IMG/VR virus record: IMGVR_UViG_3300046671_000011
Coordinates: 1-64,000 of that record
Strand: one strand, 5' to 3'
DNA: 64,000 nucleotides
From: a virus
Lineage: Duplodnaviria > Caudoviricetes
Positions 19,981 to 26,134 of this stretch are shown here, in pieces. Numbering within the stretch: position 1 is the first letter of the stretch; the number at the start of each line of letters is the position of its first letter. The translations under genes were made by a program, and so were the position numbers. The notes under the pieces were generated by a model that had not been told where the DNA came from, did no database searches, and saw only the letters and a list, made by a program, of their open reading frames with translations.

Positions 19981-20010
19981 CTGTAAGTCTCGCTTTCATT
20001 TAAGATTCAA

Positions 20011-20085
20011 TAGGCTTGATGGGATTTGAACCCATACTTTACTGGTTTTAAGCCAGTTTCCTCTGCCAAGTTGGGATACAAGCCC
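20011..20085 (-). tRNA. trnL: tRNA-Leu(TAA), short variable loop
   Basis: Acceptor GGGCTTG/CAAGCCT+A; anticodon arm ACTGG-CTTAAAA-CCAGT; T arm ATGGG-TTCAAAT-CCCAT. Confidence 0.88.
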
Positions 20086-20104
20086 GGAGTGTAGGGCGTT
20101 AGCC

Positions 20105-20521
20105 CTACGGAGTAACCTTTGTGTATGCAATGAGAGTATCATCCACATCCACATAGTTACCTGAGTAAGCGCCACTGATAATCTTGTAGAAGAAGTGGCC
20201 TCTATAGAGTACGCCTGTTTGGTCACACCAAAGGATTGTACCTTTATCTACAGTGGCTACAATCACTGACGTATAATCTGCCGAGGTATAAATACGTGTC
20301 GGCTTGCTTGTCTGCCACTTAACTGTGGGTTCCGGCAGGCTTGGGAAATTAAGGTTAAGGGTAGCGAGTACAGTTGCACTTGCCTCACCTGCACCTGTAG
20401 GTGCTTGTCCCAAGTCTTGATAGAGATAGTAAGAAGCAGCAGTCCCGGCTTTGATCGCGGCGGCGGCGTTCACACTAGAGATTGTCGTACTTGTAGCTGG
20501 AGGAGCAGTTGGAGCGGTCAT
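20105..20521 (-). CDS. hypothetical, SH3-like C-terminal domain
   Basis: Low-complexity N-terminus, then an SH3b-like segment. Confidence 0.55.
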   Translation of the reverse strand: MTAPTAPPATSTTISSVNAAAAIKAGTAASYYLYQDLGQAPTGAGEASATVLATLNLNFPSLPEPTVKWQTSKPTRIYTSADYTSVIVATVDKGTILWCDQTGVLYRGHFFYKIISGAYSGNYVDVDDTLIAYTKVTP

Positions 20522-20985
20522 TATTTAGTATCCTTATTCTTATCTAAGTCTTCTATTCTAGCATAAGAAAAGTTTCCTGTATATATAGGTGGTCTCCATT
20601 CCTCAACATAGGGAAAACCCATGCTTTTTCGATTCTCATATTGTTCGAGTTTCTCTATAAAAGAATCTTTAGATAAAGTTAACTCTTCAGGCTCTTTTGC
20701 AGCCACAATCTGAGCAAGACAGATACTATATCCTATTAGGTCATCTACATTGTCTGTCGAGTGTGAATGCGCTTCTCGTATGAGTTTGACATAGCACATG
20801 CAAAGCGCGACCTGTTCGGGTGTCACCTTTATATTGAGAATACCTGACCAACCATCAGCTATGCGTTGAAAGTTGCGTTCAGGAGCATCATAAGATTTTT
20901 GACGCTCTTTGATAATCTCAATAACTTTCTGAAATCTTTTCGACGGATCGAATGTACTCATAACCAATAACGTCCTTTCTATCAA
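20521..20985 (-). CDS. DUF6378-like phage protein
   Basis: RQKSYDAPERNFQRIADGWS...VALCM..VKL.R...DN..DLIGY. Confidence 0.75.
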   Translation of the reverse strand: MIERTLLVMSTFDPSKRFQKVIEIIKERQKSYDAPERNFQRIADGWSGILNIKVTPEQVALCMCYVKLIREAHSHSTDNVDDLIGYSICLAQIVAAKEPEELTLSKDSFIEKLEQYENRKSMGFPYVEEWRPPIYTGNFSYARIEDLDKNKDTK

Positions 20986-21229
20986 CTAGCACTAGCCGTT
21001 TACCTACCGAGACTTTTAGGGAACCATCGCGGTAAAAACCTTCGACAGTACCACTCCCTGTCTGAGCAAAGAGAGAGGGATCATGCCAGATGATCCTACT
21101 CCCCTTCTGGATGTGTGTCTCGGAGATTGAATGGCTTTTCCCACTGGATAGTAGCGCCGTTATTGTCCCTAACAACTCCACGAGCATAATATAGCTCCCT
21201 GCATACCCCACATGAAAAAACGATACCAT
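20918..21229 (-). CDS. hypothetical protein
   Basis: ORF with Sm/SH3-like C-terminus; real start probably internal. Confidence 0.45.
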   Translation of the reverse strand: MVSFFHVGYAGSYIMLVELLGTITALLSSGKSHSISETHIQKGSRIIWHDPSLFAQTGSGTVEGFYRDGSLKVSVGKRLVLVDRKDVIGYEYIRSVEKISESY

Positions 21230-21317
21230 TATGATCGCTATTTACCATGTCAAGTTTATGATCAAAATCGCATATAGCGATACTAAGTAAGTCGGGAAGA
21301 TTATACGTCATTTTTTG

Positions 21318-21390
21318 TACCCTCGACAGGATTCGAACCTGCAACAATTATTTTAGAAGAATAATACTCTATCCGTTGAGCTACGAGGGT
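21318..21390 (-). tRNA. trnR: tRNA-Arg(TCT)
   Basis: Acceptor ACCCTCG/CGAGGGT+A; D arm GCTC/GAGT; anticodon arm TTATT-CTTCTAA-AATAA; T arm GCAGG-TTCGAAT-CCTGT. Confidence 0.92.
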
Positions 21391-21629
21391 ATGTCTAACT
21401 TACCTTGTAACCAATACCATAATCCCGCGCAGCCTTCAGGAGTTAAATAAACCCCATTATCTACACTATCTCTTATCCAACCCATACGAAGGAATTTGCC
21501 AAGCACTTTGGGATCAATCCCAAAAGGCGAAGAAAAGGTATTACGAGCATCCTTAAATCCAAAGTGGATATTAAGAAGGTCTCGATAATCATTATCGCTA
21601 ATAGTCTTCGTCGTCATCTTCGGCTGCAT
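21381..21629 (-). CDS. hypothetical, wHTH-like
   Basis: LRMGWI...YLTPEG wing motif; stop overlaps the tRNA-Arg 5' end. Confidence 0.5.
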   Translation of the reverse strand: MQPKMTTKTISDNDYRDLLNIHFGFKDARNTFSSPFGIDPKVLGKFLRMGWIRDSVDNGVYLTPEGCAGLWYWLQGKLDIPS

Positions 21630-21918
21630 CTATAACTGCTACTGCAATCTTGCCCCAAGTGAACTTCATTTCGGGGTTGAGAGATTTCCAGGGAGGTAAC
21701 ATGGCCTTTTTGTCTTCGCAATATACATAGGCTTCATATGCTACCTGAGCAAGAGATCTCTTTTCCAGCAGATCTGTAGTCTCATAGCTATAGCCGTCTG
21801 GTAAAACCTGCTCTAAAAGGTGGTTGTTAAATATATTGTCTACGACTTTTTCAGCGCTCTTCTCATCTTCAGCGTTGACTTCCATCTTAACTTCGACAAT
21901 TACCGTATAAGTATTCAT
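21598..21918 (-). CDS. hypothetical protein
   Basis: 106-aa ORF. Confidence 0.55.
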   Translation of the reverse strand: MNTYTVIVEVKMEVNAEDEKSAEKVVDNIFNNHLLEQVLPDGYSYETTDLLEKRSLAQVAYEAYVYCEDKKAMLPPWKSLNPEMKFTWGKIAVAVIDAAEDDDEDY

Positions 21919-22337
21919 TCAATCCTACTCCCATAGGTTTTTAGCATCTTTATAATCTCGTCAGCAAGTTCTTGATCGCTAACCCGCTCGCTTTCGGGCA
22001 AATCTGAATAGTGTGACCACATCTGCCGCTTCCAACGTTCAACACTCTCGACAGGCATTGTCCAACTACCATCAGAATTAAATGTACCCTTACTGAACAT
22101 CCAGGTCATCCAGCGTGACCAGATGTCATGCTGAAGATTAGATAGTCTCTCTCGTATGCTTATTGTATTTTCAGTGAATCCTAGCCCAAACTCGGTTGCG
22201 GCATCTTCGCGTTCAATTAGATGACTTTTAAGTAGAGACATAACTTCGTTATCGTTGTGAGATGCGAATTCCCATGCGTCTTCACTATTCTTATATTGCT
22301 TAGCATACTCGGAACCGATTACTCTAAAGCTTCTCAT
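21915..22337 (-). CDS. hypothetical protein
   Basis: 140-aa ORF. Confidence 0.55.
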   Translation of the reverse strand: MRSFRVIGSEYAKQYKNSEDAWEFASHNDNEVMSLLKSHLIEREDAATEFGLGFTENTISIRERLSNLQHDIWSRWMTWMFSKGTFNSDGSWTMPVESVERWKRQMWSHYSDLPESERVSDQELADEIIKMLKTYGSRIE

Positions 22338-23076
22338 ATTTTCCCTCTATTAGCAAATTCTCTGCACACCAAGCGATAATTCCATCACTTGTTTGAATCT
22401 TTACCCACTGATACCAGATAAGACCAAGAGGTTCAAGTATTCGATCATTATCAAGCACCGTGCAGTTTTCGAAAGGATTCATTTGTCCTATTCTCTTGCC
22501 CGCAGGACTTTCACGAAGATTGACGACTCCAACTGTATGAGCATCTCCTATAGAAAGATTATCTCTAAAGCAGATACCCGTAAAAGGTGCTGGTGAAAGG
22601 GCTAATCCGGCTTTGTACTCTTGTATAGGTATATGGAAGTTATCACCCTTATTGAGATTAGATCCCCAAAAGTCAGGATCCTTCACGATTATATACTCAT
22701 TAGGTTCATAACCAACCACAAGTACAAAGTGTCCGCTTTTATCTGAGAGATTTTGGCGCTTAGAGATAGACCCATAATGTATAAGTGCAATCACTGGTCT
22801 CTCATGGTCGATCTCAGAGATAGTCTTCTCTAATAAAAGCGCCTTATCTACATAAGATCGAATACCATATCGAGAGAGTAAAGCTACGAGTTCATAGTTG
22901 GTTAATCCCTGATCGTTAGTTGCCAATCGGGTTTGGCGTGAAAGGCTATCAGTGGTGCTGACTTGTATACCTTTACCTGCTAAATACATACGAACACAAG
23001 CAGGCCCGCAGTCATTCCGATATCTCTTGGCATCAGGAATCTCTTGAGAAAAATAAGGATAGTTAAGTAGTAGCAT
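22324..23076 (-). CDS. C39-like peptidase with SH3 domain (candidate cell-wall hydrolase)
   Basis: NDCGPAC catalytic Cys, GHFVLVVGY, DP; C-terminal SH3 VNLRESP...WVKI..DG..AW. Confidence 0.78.
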   Translation of the reverse strand: MLLLNYPYFSQEIPDAKRYRNDCGPACVRMYLAGKGIQVSTTDSLSRQTRLATNDQGLTNYELVALLSRYGIRSYVDKALLLEKTISEIDHERPVIALIHYGSISKRQNLSDKSGHFVLVVGYEPNEYIIVKDPDFWGSNLNKGDNFHIPIQEYKAGLALSPAPFTGICFRDNLSIGDAHTVGVVNLRESPAGKRIGQMNPFENCTVLDNDRILEPLGLIWYQWVKIQTSDGIIAWCAENLLIEGKYEKL

Positions 23077-23250
23077 CTGATCCTTTCTGGATAAACGGTA
23101 TTTAACGTGTAACCGTTACCACGTTCGACAAGACTCCCTTTTCAGAGTCAGGACAACTTTCTACTACTCGTCGGTAGTCCGCCAGCGCGATTTTCCCTTG
23201 TTCGTTACGTCTAACATTAGGCTCCTGATGCACCTAACCAAATGTCGAAG

Positions 23251-23337
23251 CGGAGAGTGTAGGAATTGAACCTACTCAGGCTTTTACCCCTGGCTACTCG
23301 TTAGCAGTGAGACCCCTTACCAATCGGGCAACTCTCC
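23251..23337 (-). tRNA. trnS: tRNA-Ser(GCT)
   Basis: Acceptor GGAGAGT/ACTCTCC+G; loop CTGCTAA; long variable arm; T arm GTAGG-TTCAATT-CCTAC; anticodon stem imperfect. Confidence 0.85.
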
Positions 23338-23341
23338 ATAA

Positions 23342-23428
23342 AGGATGGCGAGGGGATCGAACCCCCGTGCGCTTTTAATCGCATCGGTAGTTTTCAAGAC
23401 TACAACCTTACCGCTCGGTCAGCCATCC
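23342..23428 (-). tRNA. trnS: tRNA-Ser(TGA)
   Basis: Acceptor GGATGGC/GCCATCC; anticodon arm GTAGT-CTTGAAA-ACTAC; long variable arm; T loop TTCGATC. Confidence 0.9.
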
Positions 23429-23726
23429 ATGTAATATAAGTCATTAACATCGCGCTTATTAACCAACTAACCCCAATATAAGTAAATAAAGGGGCATCTT
23501 CATTCTCGACAGCAGCTATGATAAAGCTAATAGCGATATACCATAGTATCAGTGTTAGTGATAAACGCACTATCTTACTTGATAATTTGAGGAGCAAGCC
23601 GCAATACCATCTCGAAAGTGAATAATGTAAGCAGCATACATGCACCTGTAGGCCACTTTACCTGATTGAAAAAGCGCCATACACCACCTGCAAGGGCAGC
23701 AGCAACAAAGATAATTACTATTGTGA

Positions 23727-23999
23727 TCATTTTTTCTTATCCTCTAGTATCTCTTTAACTTCTACTTGGTTCTGAATGAATGTTAGGGACTGTCGAGGGT
23801 AAAGCAATTGTATCCACCATGCATCTTTAGCCCGATCCTGTCGTCCTACCCACCCGCGCCCCTCGTTAGACGTAAAACTCCATATAGGAATATCACGCTT
23901 AAAAAGGAGATTAAACTCTACCTGTGTAAATCCTCGATCAGTAAGTAATTTCTCGCACAAAGACCGATTTTCGAGTTCCCTCTGATTGTTCACGTCCAA
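23727..23999 (-). CDS. hypothetical protein
   Basis: 90-aa ORF. Confidence 0.5.
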   Translation of the reverse strand: MDVNNQRELENRSLCEKLLTDRGFTQVEFNLLFKRDIPIWSFTSNEGRGWVGRQDRAKDAWWIQLLYPRQSLTFIQNQVEVKEILEDKKK

Positions 24000-24288
24000 C
24001 CTTCCATAATTCTATCATATTCTCAAGTTCCTTGAGCGCGGACTTGAAGTTTCCAGTTAAGAATACAAAGGTATATTCTTCATCTACTATATACCGAAAG
24101 ACAATCTGTTGTAGCTTATTGGCAATATCGTCAGGGTTATGCCGCTCTCCTACAGTGACTTCAAACTCTCGACAGATCCCTGGAGAAGTTAATGTTACCC
24201 AATAGACTGCCCGTTCAGTAAACCTTACATACTCTGGTAAAGAGGATAAGATACCCTTATAGACTGGAAACCCATCATTATCAAGCAT
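23938..24288 (-). CDS. hypothetical protein
   Basis: 116-aa ORF with RBS GAGG. Confidence 0.55.
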   Translation of the reverse strand: MLDNDGFPVYKGILSSLPEYVRFTERAVYWVTLTSPGICREFEVTVGERHNPDDIANKLQQIVFRYIVDEEYTFVFLTGNFKSALKELENMIELWKVGREQSEGTRKSVFVREITY

Positions 24289-24394
24289 AGAACCTCATAT
24301 TTCGATTGATCGAAAGTGGCCTCGGCGTTTGCCAAAAGGCCACGATCTTAGGAGGATGTCGTCACGTATACTGCCCGTCTACAGGATACGCTAG

Positions 24395-24467
24395 TAGGAA
24401 GAGAAGGAGTCGAACCCTCATAGTAGCTTTATAAGAACTACGTCCTAGACCGTTGAACGATCTTCCC
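24395..24467 (-). tRNA. trnI: tRNA-Ile(TAT)
   Basis: Acceptor GGGAAGA/TCTTCCT+A; D arm GTTC/GGAC; anticodon arm TAGTT-CTTATAA-AGCTA; T arm GAGGG-TTCGACT-CCTTC. Confidence 0.85.
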
Positions 24468-24632
24468 ATGCGGGGAGGTTAAGCGCGCATACTCCCCTTG
24501 ACCTTCTGTAGCTTAGTTCCATCACCTAACACCATAAGGGGGAACTTCTTACATGAGACTCAGTTATTTGGTGATTACTGAGGAGATCATGTCCGGTATA
24601 TCTAGGGTTTTGACCGGAACTCCACTACATAG

Positions 24633-24703
24633 AGCGGATACTCAGACTCGAACTGAGATCAATAGTTTGGAAGACTATAGCTCTACCGTTGAGCTATACC
24701 CGC
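24633..24703 (-). tRNA. trnG: tRNA-Gly(TCC)
   Basis: Acceptor GCGGGTA/TATCCGC+T; anticodon arm ATAGT-CTTCCAA-ACTAT; T arm CTCAG-TTCGAGT-CTGAG. Confidence 0.93.
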
Positions 24704-25018
24704 TTACTTTCCGTAATGTTCTTGCAGCATCTTATTACCAAGAGGTGTTATCTCAAACCATTGATGAGGCTCATTATGTTGATCGGTATTGAGACTCAAA
24801 AACCAGCCAGCTTTTCGGGCTAATTCTTTTATTGCCGCCATCTCATTAGGTGTCGGATAGTTTTGAAGAGGTACTCGGATACGATTGATGTCATCTGCTT
24901 TTCTAATCGCTTGATTGATTAGTCTCTTGTACTCAGACAGGTCAACGTTTCTTAGGATTTTAGCCGCCTCTTCAGCGCTAATCAGATTTTCGTTTGGTTC
25001 CATCTGCTCAAGTGTCAT
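24704..25018 (-). CDS. hypothetical protein
   Basis: Likely start MTLEQ at 25018 after RBS GAGGGAG; the longer track ORF overlaps a tRNA remnant. Confidence 0.55.
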   Translation of the reverse strand: MTLEQMEPNENLISAEEAAKILRNVDLSEYKRLINQAIRKADDINRIRVPLQNYPTPNEMAAIKELARKAGWFLSLNTDQHNEPHQWFEITPLGNKMLQEHYGK

Positions 25019-25107
25019 CGGTTTCTTCTCCCTCGATATATAAACAAGACGAACAAAAGGTAGAATTACGGGTTTTAATGCTTCCACTACACCAAAAGAC
25101 ACCGAGA

Positions 25108-25168
25108 TGCCCCTGTGGGATTCGAACCCACGCCTAATCAGATAATTGATAACGTAATTCAAAACGGC
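25108..25168 (-). pseudogene. degenerate tRNA remnant lacking a normal anticodon arm
   Basis: Perfect T arm GTGGG-TTCGAAT-CCCAC then AGGGGCA; AATT/AATT D-like stem; only a TCT-GATT-AGG mini-hairpin at the anticodon position. Confidence 0.5.
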
Positions 25169-25177
25169 TCGTCTTAG

Positions 25178-25249
25178 CTGCCAAAGTAGGACTCGAACCT
25201 ACAACCCATCGGTTAACAGCCGATTGCTCTGCCATTGAGCTATTTAGCA
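25178..25249 (-). tRNA. trnN: tRNA-Asn(GTT)
   Basis: Acceptor TGCTAAA/TTTGGCA+G; anticodon arm ATCGG-CTGTTAA-CCGAT; T arm GTAGG-TTCGAGT-CCTAC. Confidence 0.93.
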
Positions 25250-25425
25250 TTAAAAGGGGGAGGCGGTGAGATCCCCCTTTAAGTATTTATAAAACTTTTG
25301 GTGCTATCACCGTTAGCGCACCCTTAAAACTACACCTCGGTAGAAAGATAGGTGCTCTATCTTTTTTGTTCAATGCTAGGTGTCATTCGCCTCAAGTTAG
25401 TACAAGACTTTGAACACTTCGCATG

Positions 25426-25498
25426 TCCTTCCTGATGGACTCGAACCACCAACAGCCAAGTTTACAGCCTGACGTTCTTCCAATTGAACTAAGGAAGG
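25426..25498 (-). tRNA. trnY: tRNA-Tyr(GTA), C1-G72, short variable loop
   Basis: Acceptor CCTTCCT/AGGAAGG+A; anticodon arm TCAGG-CTGTAAA-CTTGG; T loop TTCGAGT. Confidence 0.85.
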
Positions 25499-25502
25499 AA
25501 AA

Positions 25503-25575
25503 TGGCGATGAAGGGATTCGAACCCATGACCTCCAGGCCAATTGACCCGGCGCTCTACCACTGAGCTACATCCCC
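25503..25575 (-). pseudogene. tRNA-like RNA with aberrant 8-nt anticodon loop
   Basis: GGGGATG-TA-GCTC-AGTGGTA-GAGC-G-CCGGG-TCAATTGG-CCTGG-AGGTC-ATGGG-TTCGAAT-CCCTT-CATCGCC-A; G3.G70 mismatch; no U33. Confidence 0.7.
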
Positions 25576-25579
25576 ATAT

Positions 25580-25665
25580 ATCGGACAAGTGTTGAAAAAG
25601 ATATTGGCAGGTTTCCCTGCTCCACTTCATTTGGTAAATAGATAACCTTTTTCTGTCGGCCCGAT
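25580..25665 (-). ncRNA. Y-RNA-like RNA 4
   Basis: 5' ATCGGGCCGACAGAAAAAGGTTATCT pairs with 3' CAATATCTTTTTC...GTCCGAT; internal GCAGG-GAAA-CCTGC hairpin; shares boxes with the other array members. Confidence 0.6.
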
Positions 25666-25686
25666 CTTTCTTAAGTGTCTGGATAA

Positions 25687-25776
25687 AAGGCGTCTAGAGG
25701 TAAGTGGAATTTCGATTTCGCTCTCCAGGGAGAGTTACTTCTAAAATTTTTGGCTGATAACTCTAAACAACGACCC
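25687..25776 (-). ncRNA. Y-RNA-like RNA 3
   Basis: 5' GGGTCGTTGTTTAGAGTTATC pairs with 3' CTCTAGA-CGCCTT; internal CTCTC-CCTG-GAGAG acceptor-like hairpin. Confidence 0.6.
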
Positions 25777-25792
25777 AAACTTTGTAAAAAAA

Positions 25793-25869
25793 CTGCTATT
25801 CATCGTCTTTGTGGATAGAACGACTCAGCGCGCGCACATGACTCGCGTTAGACTATTGTCGAATAGCAG
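25793..25869 (-). ncRNA. multibranch RNA between Y RNAs 2 and 3
   Basis: 9-bp closing stem CTGCTATTC/GAATAGCAG enclosing three small hairpins, followed by a U-tract. Confidence 0.45.
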
Positions 25870-25881
25870 ATTTATGGATGA

Positions 25882-25979
25882 AAGTCGCTAAAGAATATTG
25901 CTCGTCCAGTTGAGTTTACTCTCTTGTAGTGGAGAGCATAGGATTCGAACCTATAACAGATAACCTTTAACTACGACCC
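25882..25979 (-). ncRNA. yrlA: YrlA-type Y RNA (circularly permuted tRNA mimic)
   Basis: GGGTCG-TAG-TTAAAG-GTTAT-CTGTT-[T arm ATAGG TTCGAAT CCTAT]-[GCTCTC CACTACAA GAGAGT]-AA-[D arm ACTC AACTGGAC GAGC]-AATATT-CTTTAG-CGACTT; 5' and 3' ends pair. Confidence 0.85.
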
Positions 25980-25985
25980 ACATAT

Positions 25986-26005
25986 AAAAGCCTGCGTTAG
26001 CAGGC
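25986..26005 (-). terminator. intrinsic terminator between Y RNA 1 and YrlA
   Basis: GCCTGC-TAAC-GCAGGC followed by TTTT. Confidence 0.7.
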
Positions 26006-26031
26006 ATACATCACTGTTCGAATGTTAAAAA

Positions 26032-26095
26032 CCGGATAAGGATTGCGGAGGGATATTGGTTTACTGATAGTAGATAACCCTCAACTTCGACCCGA
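26032..26095 (-). ncRNA. Y-RNA-like RNA 1 (short, no tRNA domain)
   Basis: Starts GGGTCGAAG (exact GNCGAAG Ro-binding motif), then TTGAGGGTTATCT; GAGGG pairs with CCCTC after CAATAT; directly downstream of a consensus promoter. Confidence 0.7.
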
Positions 26096-26103
26096 TGTGT
26101 AAC

Positions 26104-26132
26104 AGTATAACACTCTGTTCTTTTTTAGTCAA
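26104..26132 (-). promoter_or_regulatory. sigma70-type promoter driving the Y RNA/tRNA cluster
   Basis: TTGACT-N17-TATACT with TG extension; predicted start ~26096-26098. Confidence 0.85.
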
Positions 26133-26134
26133 GT

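Noticed and set aside
23094-23125. Pistol ribozyme or preQ1-I riboswitch (CGTGG...CACGTTAAATA)
   Set aside because: Pistol needs P2/P3 and GCG elements between the AAA linker and the pseudoknot strand, which are absent; the preQ1 loop consensus and A-rich tail do not match.
23170-23240. Cobalamin riboswitch (GGTGC...AAGGGAA; phage has B12-dependent NrdJ)
   Set aside because: Lacks the GGTG..AnTCC and GCnACTG core elements and is not upstream of nrdJ.
25019-25162. N-terminal extension of ORF 24704-25162
   Set aside because: Overlaps a tRNA T-arm remnant; a good RBS precedes the internal ATG at 25018.
25397-25630. ORF-track protein of 77 aa (also 19996-20226, 21096-21347, 24553-24792)
   Set aside because: These overlap tRNA or Y-like RNA genes and lack an RBS; treated as spurious translations.
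25720-25960. Two-piece (permuted) tmRNA: T arm + GCTCTCCA followed ~200 nt later by GGAGAGCGAAATC
   Set aside because: GCTCTC pairs locally with GAGAGT in the YrlA fold and the downstream GGAGAG pairs locally within Y RNA 3; no G3.U70 pair, tag reading frame or pseudoknots.
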